Below, in pieces: positions 1-26,899 of a DNA stretch of 64,000 bases. Under the pieces are notes generated by a model. That model searched no databases. It saw nothing but the letters and a program-made list of their open reading frames with translations, and was not told the origin of the DNA. Position numbers and translations under genes: made by a program. Source of the DNA: the human T2T-CHM13v2.0 reference genome, Homo sapiens; the NCBI RefSeq assembly GCF_009914755.1, contig NC_060935.1. One strand, given 5' to 3'. The first letter of the stretch is position 1; every line of letters begins with the position of its first letter.

Positions 1-995
1 TCCTTGGCTAAAACAAGTCTTCTTGGCCACTACTAACTCCAAAGAATCAGGAAAGTACACTCTTATCATATTTCTCTATTCATAAGGTGGAGAACTAGAA
101 ATACTTCATAGGAATAGCACTAATGGCCATCACAGATACTTGAAACAGGAAATATGTATATGATCCCCATGACTGAGAATAACACTAAACTGAATGTATT
201 GCCTTTGGTTTGATTTACCCAGTGGTGTTGAAGAGGCCAATTTGTACTGGCTTGTTAGGATCAATTGTTAAATTTTTAGGAAATTTGCAAGCCAATTGTT
301 AACTAGAAGTTATTAAAAATTACATTATGTAAACTTGCCATTAAATAAGTTATATTTAAAACAAAGATCACATATATTCAAAATGCATTGCTTTCTAATT
401 ATTTTACTATTAAATACATTCTGCTAGTACCTATGTTCTTGAGGTTTTTACACCTATTTTATCTGTCACAGTACAAAACTTCATAATAGTGTTCTATGGC
501 ACATTTCTTCCCAACTGTTCATTCAGTGACATCTCGTTGTTAGCTTACAATTGGCTGTGGTGGGAGTATATTTACACCAGGGAAATCAGCAAACACTACC
601 AATCAGGGTTTGATTTACTGTCTATTCTTAAGAAAGTGATGTAGAAAATGTAAATAATGTAGTTTAAACTTAAAAGAGTGTAGTGTCTATAACCATTACA
701 TTGTGAACAGCACATAAAATTGAAGAAATGTTCTTCCAATATTCAAAATATATTATCTCACTCAGTAAAGAAGTCATTCATGTATTGATAAACAAGTGAA
801 GTTCTGACATCATTATTGCTTCATTTTCTTCTCACTGATTAGTGGTAAGGAAAACATTAACCAACATTCACGCCAGAACTACTCTTGTTTGTCAGTTACA
901 ACCATGGGTTGGCCATGGACATAAGAGGCAAAAATCAATAAAAGCATTTTGTGATAATCAATTGGCTATATATATAATTCAAAACAAAAAATATT

Positions 996-1320
996 GGATG
1001 GGTGCAGTGGCTCACGCCTGTAATCCCAGTACTTTGGGATGCCTAGGCGGGGGGATCACTTGAGGTCAGGAGTTTGAGACCAGCCTGGCCAACATGGTGA
1101 AACCCCATCTCTACTAAAAGTACAACAAATTAGCTGGGCATGGTGGCGTGCACCTATAATCCCAGCTACTTAGGAGCCTGAGGCACGAGAATCACTTGAA
1201 CCTGGGAGGCAGAGGTTGCAGTGAGCCGAGATTGTGCCATTGCACACCAGCTTGGGGGACAGAGTAAGACTCTGTCTCAAAAAAACAAACAAGCAAAACA
1301 AATAAAAAACAAAATAAAAA
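996..1320 (+). mobile_element. AluS
   Basis: Full dimeric Alu with A-rich tail. Confidence 0.95.
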
Positions 1321-1384
1321 GTATTATATATCTTATTTGTAAGTTGTGTATTATTCATTACATTAAAATGCAAGCTAAATATCA

Positions 1385-2290
1385 TGTATATATATCTATA
1401 TATCAATATATATCTATATATAGATATATATACATACAAGTATATATGTACATGTATACATACATGTATACATGTACATACATACACGTATACATGTACA
1501 TACATATATACATGCACACGTATATATGTACATATATGTATATATACATATATACATGTATATATGTGTATATATACATCTATATATGTATATATACATA
1601 TATACATGTATATATGTGTATATATACATCTATATATCTATATATCTATATATACGTATATACACATGTATATATGTGTATATATACATGTATACACATG
1701 TATATATGTGTATATATACATGTATATATCTATATATACATGTGTATATACGTATAGATATATACGTATATGTATACGTATATATATGTATATATGTATA
1801 TACGTATATATCTATACATATATACGTGTATACACGTATATATACGTATATACACGTATATATGTATAGATATATACGTATATACACGTATATATGTATA
1901 GATATATACGTATATACATATATACGTATATATACATCTATATATAGATATATAGATGTATATATACACATATATACATGTATATATGTATATATACATA
2001 TATAGATATATAGATGTATATATACACATATATACATGTATATATGTATATATAGATATATAGATATATAGATGTATATATACACATATATACATGTATG
2101 TACATATATACGCGTGTATGTATATATGTATGTACATGTATACATGTATGTATGTACATGTATACATGTATGTATGTGTGTATACGTATATGTATAGATA
2201 TATACGTATACGTGTATATCTATGTATAGATATGTATATCTATGTATAGATATGTATATACATGTATAGATATGTATAGATATGTATACA
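1385..2290. repeat. Complex (TA/CA/TG)n alternating purine-pyrimidine repeat with inverted arms
   Basis: About 900 nt of TATACATG/TATATG-type units; source of the Y/I/T/C/M-rich spurious ORFs on both strands. Confidence 0.97.
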
Positions 2291-2294
2291 TTCA

Positions 2295-3202
2295 TACAGT
2301 CATTCAACATTTCTGACACCAGATGTGTGGGGTTTTTTTCCTCACACACCAAGCAATTCCCTGGCAGATCTTCTAACAGGCACTAGATGGGTGTCCTCTA
2401 ATTCAATTCACTTCTGACACCGTCTACCTAGAGTTAGCATCAGATCCCATAGGTTGAGGGCTCCGTCCCACAAGACTGCCCCCTACTTCAGCTGCCAGTC
2501 GCAATCACAGAGTGCGACTGTGCTTGTGACTGACCAGCTATATACATTAGAGTTCCCACAGACCCCTCCTCAGGTTCAATTAATTTGCTAGAGCCACTCA
2601 CAGAACTCAGGGAAACACTTTACTTATGTTTATTAACAAATAATATAATAAAGGAGACAGGTGAACAGCCAGATGAGAGACACATAGAGTGAGGTCTGGC
2701 GGGGTCCCAAGCTCAAGGGCTTCCGTCCCCATGGAGGGTCAGTGCACCATTCTCCTGGCACACAGATGTGTTTGCCAACCTGGTAGCTTTCCAAAACCAG
2801 TCCTTTTGGATTTTTATGGAGGCTTCATTTCGTAAATACGACTGGTTAAAGCCTTGCTAATGGTGATCTGCTCAATCTTCAGCTCCTCTCCTCTCCTCTC
2901 CCCAGAGATCAGGGAGTGGGCCTGAAGATTTTAGTCCTCTAATTACATGATTGGTTCCCCTGGCAACCAGCCCCCATCCCAAGGCTATCCAGGAGCCCCA
3001 CTGAGAGTCACCTCATTCGAATGAAAGATGCTGCTACTATTCAGGAAATAGCAAATGTCTTAGGAGCTCTGTGTCAGGAACTGGGGTCAAAGACCAAATA
3101 GCAGAACAAAAGACTCTCCTAGCACCCCTATTTACAAAGGTCTTGGGAGTTCTGTGCCAGAAAATAGGGAAGACGACCAAATACATATTTCACAATATCA
3201 CA
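2295..3202 (-). mobile_element. MER21-type solo LTR
   Basis: Minus strand begins TGTGATATTGTGAAATATGTATTTGGTC; typical internal gttagcatcagatccca..ccacaagactgcccc. Confidence 0.8.
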
Positions 3203-4007
3203 CACGTGCACACACCTTTCCCCCAGAGAGCTGGTTGTTAAACATTCACCAGCACCGTTGGCCTTACGTCATCTCAATATACCTTCCTGGAGTTGAAATC
3301 TTCTGGAAAAGATCAAGTTTTTCACCTTCGTAGTCTGAAACTGAAAGTTAATGGAACCTGCCAGGGTGGACTTGGGTGACCCTTACAAAGCACTTATGAT
3401 AGGAAAGACCAAAAAAAAAAAAAAAAAAAACAGAAAAACTCCCCATGACGATAGGAAGAGCCTGAAGATCCTGAACCAGTGGGTTCACTTCTGCCTCATG
3501 CTAAGGAAACTGAAGGTTCTGGGTCGTGCCTCAATGCCCTTGAAGGGAGGCTTCAAGAGTTGACACTGAGGAGCTATGCAGAGGGAATGCAGGGTGATCT
3601 TGGCTTAGAGCACCTTGAGGAAATGACCAACAGCCCTAGTCCAGGCTGTAGCCTGCCAGAGTTTCAGCAGGCATAGAGGCCGAGTGCCAGGGTGACATTG
3701 TTGAGCAGAAACTTCTCTTCACAGAACTCAGATTTCAACTGAGTGAGCTGGCAGCATCCAAGAGCAGATGTAGCAAACTCCAGGCTCAGGCACTTCAGTC
3801 TGGCTTCCAGCTCCAAAGTTTTGAAAGCCAAGCTGTGTTAAGGCCCCAAGTTCTAGAAGGCTTTTGGCTCTAAGTGAAGTTTCTATGTTAGATGAGATTT
3901 GTTTTCTATAAGTAGCAGAAGTTTAATTTTTAAAAAGGAGGGGGAAGAGGAAGAAAAGGAACAGGAGGAAAAGATAGTTTCCTTGGTCTTTAAAGACCAA
4001 CATTCAG

Positions 4008-6275
<2,268 letters not shown>

Positions 6276-7489
6276 TTAATTAATGTGCGCACAAAATGAG
6301 TGCAGGGAGAATTATCCCAAGTTGTACTCTCTTCATGAGGACTAACAGGTTAAGTTAGTATCAACTTTGGCTCATTAGCCTCCTCAGAAGACCTTGTAGA
6401 GTTCTTTGTACCCCTCTAGGACATTGGTGCCAGAGGAAGATTCCACCTGCAGTCCTCAGAGAGTTGGCTGCTCTCTGACTCCAAATGCCACCCCTTTCCC
6501 TACTGCAGTTCTAACATTCTGTTAGGATTGAACCTCCAGCATGATCGTGACTCCCATTTGTGTTTGTTCCTGAAAGGGCACACATGACTTGTCCCTCTAC
6601 TAGCAGGCTAGCAGCAAACAATGGCCACGAGTGATTTATGGGCACGTATAATTTTCCCTGGGAATTTCACAAATGTTAGGAAAGAGAGAAACCTGAGTGA
6701 TAACATACCACCTTCAAATCAAGTAAGTCAGGGTTTGGAGCTTTCCCAGAATTCAAGCCAAGTATCAATGAGATTATTCTTGTAAGAGCATCCCAATTTT
6801 CAGTTCTACAACCCCTTTCCAAATACTTTCAGAGAAAACACTGGAAATGATTGGAATCCCTGCTAGTCAATCCAGTAAGGCCTTTGAGCATCAAGATGAG
6901 GTGTACTGGCATAGTTGTGACTTCATTTTTATGAGCCAGCATGTGAAGTCCAAGACCTAAGAGTTATTGGCAGCTCTGGGTTCTGATCAAGTTGTCTATT
7001 ACCTGGCAGCCCTTGACTGCTTCAAGCACCACTGCTGCTTGTCGGCGGAGCCAGACATCTGATTATATCACTGCTGAGACTTCAAAATCCAAGCACCAAC
7101 AATCCTACCAGGATGCAGCTTTAATCTGGTCTCTGATTCCACTGGACTCAGTATAAATATCCTCCAATTCACAAGATACCATTGCTTTGTGTTAGGCCCC
7201 TGAAGCGGATGTGTCACAGTTACTCCATAGCAGCAGATTTCTGGAGCCCATGGTATATTATCTGGGACTAAGCTGACACTATTGAAATTAAGACCAAACC
7301 CTCAATATTGCCTCAACTTAATGGACTGAGGCCACAGATGTCAAGCTGCTACCACCTGCAATGAGTGGAGCCAAGCCCTCTGTCCATTAGGCTAGATCCT
7401 GACATCCTTTAGGAGATGGCTAAGAGTGATCCACTCTGGCCTTTCATCACTGTTTCTGCTGCCACATTTGTCACTGGTCTTCCATTACA

Positions 7490-7673
7490 TCAGTGGTCTG
7501 AAAGTGTGGCCCTTGGACCAGCAGCATCCATTTCACTTGAGAACCTGTAATGCATGTTCTCAGGCCAGCCCCAAATCTACTCAATCAGAAATTCTGGGGC
7601 TGGGGCCTAGTGCTCCGTGTTTTCACAAGCCCTCTTTGTGATTCTGATACATATTAAAGTTTGAGAATGACTG
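7490..7673 (+). mobile_element. MER5A DNA transposon
   Basis: cagtggt..aaagtgtgg..ggaccagcagcat..tcagaaattctgggg..aagtttgagaa..actg. Confidence 0.75.
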
Positions 7674-7889
7674 CAACTACACCATCATCCCCATAGTACT
7701 CCATATTTCCTTGTTCCTGACTCAGTTCCCCACTGTTGGAATGTACCTGCCCACTCCCAGCTCTCCAGTGTAGCCTCTGAAGCACCTGCTCTGTGATCAA
7801 CAAATTTCTCTGTGTCTTACACGTCTCTTCTGGGAACGTTCTCCATACTTCATTCCATTAATTAAAACCTGATCTCTCTCTCTTCTTAG

Positions 7890-8039
<150 letters not shown>

Positions 8040-8339
8040 TAAAACTTTTTTAGTAGAGATGAGGACTTGCTATGTTTCCCAGGCTGGTCCCAAACTCCTA
8101 AACACAACTGATCTGCCCACTTTGGCCTCCCAAAGTGTTGGGATTACAGGCATTAGCCACCATGCCCAGACTTAAAGCCTGTTCTCTTCTGTAGCAGCCT
8201 TCTGTGATACTAAATCTGTGCTCACAACTATCCACTACAGGACAGGTTCTTGTCCTCCTTTCTTCTCATCACTATTTCTAGATCATTACTTCTTCTCTAC
8301 TCTCTTGTAAAAACTCCTACTCCTTTGAGGCTTATGCCC

Positions 8340-9140
<801 letters not shown>

Positions 9141-9343
9141 TTTACACTTGGGACTTCTTTCCATGAGCTGTGGAAAGCCACTGAAGAGTTTTAATCAGCT
9201 GATTGAAATGGTCTGACTTTCCTTTGAAAAGAGCACTCTAGCTACTATGCAGGAAATAGCCTGTGGGGGAGGCATGGATGGAGCTGAGACACAGTGAACA
9301 GAACTTGGGTGTGGTCGAGCTGGAAGCTGAAGGTGTGGGCTAG

Positions 9344-14078
<4,735 letters not shown>

Positions 14079-14199
14079 TCAGCTCTGGCAACATTTCCAG
14101 AGAGCCTTTTCTGATTCCCACCCATAAAGAGTTACCCACTCCACTTATGTGTCACCTCTGTTCTTGTACAGCCTTCTGGGTTGCCCATATTTTTGCCAT

Positions 14200-16230
<2,031 letters not shown>

Positions 16231-16729
16231 TATCACATTAAATTGTATCTCTTTATATATTTGACTACCCTTCTTAATACTAATTTTCTGGAGGCCATAG
16301 GATTATGTCTTATTCAACATGTGAATAAACACAGACAGTGCCTGGCATGCACAAGGTGCTAAGTTCTTGTTGCAGAAGTAATGAGGGGCTGAGAAGTCTT
16401 CCAAATGCTAAAATCAAACATTTCCGGTACATAAAAATCAACCTTGCCTAAGTTTAATCATCATCAAATCCCAGTCAACAGACATGCCTGAGTGTCCACT
16501 CACTGCCAGTATTAGTCTTCTGATACTTTCTTCCCAAGGCCTCATCAGCTGAGTGCTTCATAGCATTGCCTGGCAATGTAGACACTAGAGCTGTGACAGT
16601 CCTAATCATAAAGGTAAAAGAACCCTTGAAATATGATTCCATTTCCCCCACTTTCTTCCAAAATCATATGTAAATCCCACAAAGAGTGGAATAATCTAAT
16701 CCTTGTTTAAAGACAACCAGTTATGCAAA

Positions 16730-18790
<2,061 letters not shown>

Positions 18791-19195
18791 TACAACACAC
18801 TGAGCTGTTGTTTTAGTTTTGCATAATTTACTTATCTAAATTATTTGCAATAAACTTGTATTACTCTTGCAATTTTTTAAAAATGAAGGTTTAAAAATAT
18901 TTAATTATAATTTATACTTTTTTTCTGTGAAAAGGCTGCATAAACGCATTCCTTGTCACACCATCATTTCTTTTTCTCACATCAAATCAGCCCTAGCTAT
19001 CCTAAAGAACTGTCTTCTTTCCGCTTTAGGTGGATGTTAGCACAGCATTCACGAGGAGAAACACCACCAGCTCTAGCTCCAAAGAACGCCAAGGAATATG
19101 ATCTTGCAATACTATAGGGCTGCCAGATCTGCATTTGGTTTAGACAAGGAGGGCCCAGAGAAAAGGTTGCTGCCTTCTTTCATTGTCCTCTGTAG

Positions 19196-19920
<725 letters not shown>

Positions 19921-20179
19921 TTTGATTACTTTTTAAAATTTCTTCTTAGTTTTTTCCTTGTTCCAATATTTTCCCTAGATCGGCTGTACCAGCATCGAAA
20001 CAGGGCTTGTTAGAAACTCAAATTACCAGCCGGCCGTCAGAGTCTCCATTAGTCATTCAGCGGGCGGGGCCCAGCCAGCAGCGCTTTAGCAAGCCCTCCA
20101 GGCCGTTCTGACTCTTCCCCGAGAAAAGCGTTCAGCTTTTCAAGTATAACGTACTATACAAGAGCTGAAACTACAGACT

Positions 20180-20190
20180 TGCTGAGTCAC
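20180..20190 (+). promoter_or_regulatory. NF-E2/NRF2/BACH-sMAF ARE (TGCTGAGTCAC)
   Basis: Perfect consensus; the reverse complement GTGACTCAGCA fits RTGACNNNGC. Confidence 0.5.
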
Positions 20191-21250
20191 CCTTCCTTTC
20201 TCTTGGTCACCCGAACCTTCCATTCACCATTCTGCCTGGATTCCATTCTGCCTGGATTCTTCTCTCGGCATATTTCTCTCGATATTTTCTCTTCCATCTT
20301 GGAATCTGCTTCTTCCTGAATCAGCACCTCGAGTTTGCCGTCCTTTTCCATCTATCAACATGCCCTACTTAAGACACTGTCACAGCACTACCTGGGAGGA
20401 AAGATAGGAAGATACCATGAAAAGAAGATGTTTTTGAACATTTTTGGCACTTATTTTTGTGAAAATGAGTAGCATGTACACTCTACGTCTATAGAGCAGA
20501 GATTCACAAGCTTGAATGTGCAAAGGGGAGTTTCGTTTTTTAAATGGATGTTCCTAGGTTTCAGATTCTGGGATGTAGAGGCAATGTCTTGGGGGGAGTC
20601 TAGGAATTTTCATTTTGACAAGTACCCCAGGTCATTTGGAAATTGGTGGTCCTTGCCTACTTTGGGAAGCACTGCATCAAAGACGAGAATTGGGGTGTGG
20701 GGGGTAGGGCTCTCTCCTTTGCAAATTCTACATCCACTGAAAATCTATGCAAGAAAAAAACAAACACAGGACCTACATCTTCTCATGACATTTTTCACAT
20801 CTCTAGTGATTTGGTGCTTAGGAGACCTTTAAATCAAGTTCTCAGGCTCTCAAGATAAACAAGTTATCAACACACAAAGAGTAAACCATTAATATAGGGG
20901 GAGTTGTGCTGTTAGGTGTGAAAATTATTCTTGAAATAATACTATCCTGACCAGCTATAGGAACAATCTTGAATAAGCTGATTACTTCTATACTTATATT
21001 CCCCTAGTATGTATTAACTGAGATACATAAAGTTTTATTCCTTCCAAAATTCATGGAGCAGTTAGTTGTTACCTTGAAGGAAGTTATTTTTCTCAAATTA
21101 TTGTTCACAGTGGTTGTATGTATTAGTAGGGGAATTGATACACAGAATACTTTATTGCCTGAAATGACCATGATTATTCATATTGCCAAGATGCAAGATC
21201 ACCCTACGAACAGATCAGCTTGCATCTTGGCAACATGCATAATGCAGTTA

Positions 21251-21453
21251 GTTCTCTTTTTTTTCTTTTCCTTCCTTCCTTCCTTCCTTCCTTCCTTCCT
21301 TCCTTCCTTCCTTCCTTCCTTCCTTCCTGTCTCTCTCCCCCCTCCACGCTCCCCCCTTTTTCTCTTTCTTTCTTTCTCTTTCTCTCTCTCTCTCTCCCCC
21401 ACCCGCGCCCCACCCCCCTTCTTTCTTTCTTCCTTTTTTTTTTTTTTTTTTTT
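21251..21453. repeat. (TTCC)n plus polypyrimidine tract at the tail of antisense Alu 21425-21728
   Basis: About 15 TTCC units followed by CT-rich sequence. Confidence 0.95.
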
Positions 21454-21562
21454 GAGACAGAGTCTTGCTCTGTTGCCCAGGCTGGAGTGCAGTGCCGTGA
21501 TCTCAGCTCACTGCAACCTCCGCTTCCTGGGTTCAAGTGATTCTCCTGCCTCAGCCTCCTGA

Positions 21563-21802
<240 letters not shown>

Positions 21803-21834
21803 TAGAACAAGTGACTACTTTTTTGTTTTGTTTT

Positions 21835-22960
<1,126 letters not shown>

Positions 22961-24199
22961 TACTTTTACATTGAGTAAAGTGTGTAGCTTCTAAGAGTGT
23001 TCAATAACAAACAACAGTATTTCGTGAAATCTGAAATAACTATTCTGAACATATTGTACCTCTACAAAACATGAAGTCCTGTTTCTAAGCATAATATTAC
23101 ACGCAAGAAAAGGTGGACATAGGAAAATATAAGCGGAAAAGGATGTTATCTCAGCTGATGACCAAAATGTAAGAATTCAGAGACAGTATGGACCAATAGT
23201 AATAATAATATTAAAACCGTACTGATATGTTAATACAGTAGGCAATACTTAGTGACAAAATAGTTGTGCCAGGCATGCTATTGCTTATGAGGATCCAGAG
23301 ATGGAAAAACAAAACGACTGCTCTTTTTCTTTGAAAAGCTTAGAGTTTAGTGGTGGTTCATGGACACATAGACAATCATTGATTGAATTACAATAAAAAA
23401 GACTGTACTGGAAAAATTATGATAGAAATGTCTACTCCTGACTTGTAGTAAAATGATGGAAAAACAAATTTAAGAAACTTTAAGAGCCTTAGCTATGTGA
23501 ACAGTGTAGTTCACACTTTGGTCAGGTTTCTGTCAACCTGAAACAAAGAGGCAGTTCATATAATTCAGATGAAGATTCCTCTCTTTTGCTACAAATAAGC
23601 ATTAGCTTATTGGGTGACTCAAGTTCAAGCAGTTGAATTATTTTGCTAAAATGATCAGGATAAATAGTTTAATTATTCACTTTGTGGAAACTTCAAAGTG
23701 CTGTGGTCTAATGAATTGAACAAGCAAATGTCAGCTTGAAAGATTTGTTATTGAAATATATTATTTTGCATATTGTTGTATTTGCTTTATGTTAATATAT
23801 TTAATATTGGCATATATTAAAGTATACCAAGGTTTTTAAATTTATAAACCATTTATAAACATATTCTGCTCCTCCAGTGTGTTTTCTGGGAACCCTTTAT
23901 TTCTTCAATGATGCAATGACTGCAAGTTACTGCATAGCTCTGTACTAGAAAAAAGGGTTTAAAAAATGAGTATTTAAAATTCACATAAACATAGCTTCAG
24001 TCAAGTAGGAAATACACAAATTTGAATGACTGAGACCTTGGCATTGAGCTGGGCAGGAAGTGAGCTTTAGGACACAGCTTTGCCTTAAATTTATTGGTCT
24101 TTCTGGACTTGCTGACCTGAACAGACAAACGCAGAATGTCAGAACACCAATGAAATGGGATTGGGATGATATAGGAAGTGAAAGCGTGACAGCTTCATA

Positions 24200-25680
24200 T
24201 ATTCACCAAATATTTCTGGCTCATCTGCTTCCTACCCGGCATCTGATAGAATACCATCTCTTGACTCCCTTATAGTTGGATAGGGTCATGTGACTCTTTT
24301 TGGCCAATGAATTTAAGCAGATGTGATGCATATCTACTTGTCTAAAGCATTTAATTGACTGAGATATTCCTGAGTTCTCTTGTGGTACAGTGATCAGCAA
24401 CACTTGAGATATGTCATCAGCATGAATCTACTGAGTGACTACTACGAACAGGGCCCTCTGTTGAACTGTGATGGATGTGTACCATTTGCAGTTGTTTTTT
24501 GTTTTTTGAGACAGTCTCACTCTGTTGCTTAGGCTGGAATGCAGTGGCACAATCTTGGCTCACTGCAGCCTCTGCCTCCCGGGTTCTCGTGCCTCAACCT
24601 CCTGAGCAGCTGTAATTACAGGCATGCGCCACCACACCCAGCAAATTTTTTTGTATTTTTAGTAGAGACAGGATTTGCCATATTGGCCAGGCTGGTCTCG
24701 AACTCCTGACCTCAAGTGATCTGCCAGCCTTGGCTTCCCAAAGTGTTGGAATTACAGGCATGAGCCCCTTCACCTGGCCCCTTTGTAGTTTTAAACCAGG
24801 GATTGGCAAACACTTTTTTTGTAAAAGAAGAGATAGTATTCTAGGTTTTGCACACCCTACTGTCTGTTGCACACCCAAGTACTCAACTCTGCTGTGCTAT
24901 GGCAGAGAGGCAGTCATAGAATGGATGTGCATAGATGGATTGGATGTCTCCCAATAAAACTTTAGACATTGGTCAATTCCGAGGAACAAAACAGTGATTT
25001 CTGAAACTTTAATGTACACACAAATCTCCTGAAGATCTTGTTAAAATGTAGATTCAGTTAAGTCTGCTATGCAGTCCAAGATAGTAGTGATAGTGGTAGT
25101 GAGAGAGGTTGGGCTGAATAAACTTTGAGTTGCAAGGAGCTAAAGGATTATCATCTCCGTTTCTAGCCTCTAGGCCTGGCATAATTGCTCAGCGTAGTGC
25201 TAAGGATGGTTTAGGTGACTAAATTTTGAAACTATGACTCCCCATCTAATGCAGCAAAAGCCAAAGTCCTTACCGTGGTCTTTCAGGCCCTACAAGACCA
25301 GCCCCCTTTAATATGTTTGACCTCATCTCCTACTCTCTGCTCTTGCCACTATGGTTTCCGTGCTGTTCCTTGAACCCAAAAAGCACACTCCGTCTCAGAT
25401 CTTAGTACTTGGTGTTTCCTCTACCTGGAAAATTCCTCCTCCAAGGTAGCTGCTTAGCCTTCTTCCTCACTTCCTTCAGTACTAGCTCAAATGTCAGTAA
25501 GGCTTTCCCTGACCACCGTTTTTTCTTTTCTCTACCATTTCACTATCTGACATGTATTTACTTGTCTTCCCCTTACTTAGATTGTAAGCTCCATGTAAAT
25601 ATGTTTTGTTCATAATCCCTAGCACTTAAGAGTTCCCAGCACACAGTAAGGTGCTTAATAAATATTTGAATGAATATATA
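24200..25680. mobile_element. MLT1-like LTR fragment (24200-24490), Alu 24500-24780(-), MER58-like (24795-24965), L2 3' end (25230-25680)
   Basis: ggtcatgtgact..ggccaatg; cagggattggcaaac; gtaagctccatg..cagcacacagtaaggtgcttaataaatatttgaatgaat. Confidence 0.65.
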
Positions 25681-26709
25681 ACAGACTTTGCAGCTAACCA
25701 GGATATCTTGAGGTCGGAGGCTGCTGTTGTTTCTCCAGGCTCCCTCAGGATGCACTGTTGCCAGTCAGCGTTACTCATTTTATTCCCTAGGGAACAGTGG
25801 GTTTGGTAGAACTCTCTTCTAAATCTCTTTTTCATAGAATTTAAATTATAAATTGGTCATTTACTGTTGTCACACAATATTGCGTTGCTGAATTTTCCAC
25901 TGATTATATTCATTTTATTTCCTCCCAGAACTTGGTTTCTTGTTTTTCTGCTCACTGTCCACACCCACTCCACCCCAAGGCTGGAATAATTCTCTTGGAG
26001 CAAAAAAATCATCTTTTTCTTTGTATTTCATTGAACGTTCTCTTTACAGTGTTAGGTAAACCTAAAAAAAAAGGAAACAAAAGTCTAATAATTCGTAATA
26101 CTCAGGCCTACTGGATGTATAACATCATAGGGTAGCTGAAGACTCTTTGTGAGGCCAGAGCTTTAGGATTTAAAAAGCCACCAACCATGACCGTGTCCGA
26201 CACGTTCTACAGAGAACTCCTAGGTTACTGGGTGATTGTTTGGTGGGGAAGCGGCGAGTTGTCTTTTTTTCAAAAGACGTTTTGGGGTATGGAGTTTGCT
26301 CGCTCTGCATACAGAAGGAATTCTAGAAGCTGGGATCGCACCACCCACCCCACGCACCCCTTACTTGCAGAAACCTTTGCCCCCCAACCCCCACCCCCAC
26401 CCCAAATAAGGGCTCTTCAAGGGGCAGTTGCCAGCTCCAGAGCCAGCTGCTTGACACCTATTGTCCCCGTTTGGGCGTCAAACGATTTCGCCTGAAGGAC
26501 CCTAGCGTCGATTGCTCTCAAAACTCAAGGGGCCTTTCCTTCGGCCTTGCCGGGGCCATCCCCACCTGCGTCCAGGAGGCGCCCCACAGCGCCGGGGCCG
26601 GGGGACGGCGGAGAAGCTAGCGGGCGGCCTCTTCCGGGCAGGCGTTCGCGCCGGGCAGCCCGAGCGGCCGCGAAGGCCCCCGCTCTCCGCTTCTCCCGCC
26701 CCTCGCGAC

Positions 26710-26899
26710 CCAGAGGGCTGCTGGCTGGCTAAGTCCCTCCCGCTCCCGGCTCTCGCCTCACTAGGAGCGGCTCTCGGTGCAGCGGGACAGGGCGAAGCGG
26801 CCTGCGCCCACGGAGCGCGCGACACTGCCCGGAAGGGACCGCCACCCTTGCCCCCTCAGCTGCCCACTCGTGATTTCCAGCGGCCTCCGCGCGCGCACG
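26710..26899 (+). other. CAPRIN1: CAPRIN1 non-coding exon 1 (5' UTR); 5' end approximate
   Basis: GC-rich, ATG-free stretch ending at donor CACG|GTGAGC (GT at 26900). Splicing to 27451 gives gcgcgcacgATG with A at -3. The TSS cannot be fixed from sequence alone. Confidence 0.8.

Larger units (their letters stand above)
219..3261 (+). mobile_element. MER63-family (hAT-Blackjack) DNA transposon fossil interrupted by an Alu, a TA repeat and an LTR
   Basis: 5' end ccagtggtg; internal cttcccaac..ttcagtgacatc..tttacaccagggaaatcagcaaacact (500-605); 3' end gagagctggttgttaaacattcaccagcaccgttgg. Confidence 0.7.

Noticed and set aside
1170-2352. Nine overlapping ORFs of 71-240 aa rich in Y/I/T/C/M/H
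   Set aside because: Translations of an alternating purine-pyrimidine repeat, which cannot form stop codons; not genes
21053-21562. 169-aa ORF with PSFL repeats and antisense EGRK repeats
   Set aside because: Translation of the (TTCC)n microsatellite plus Alu
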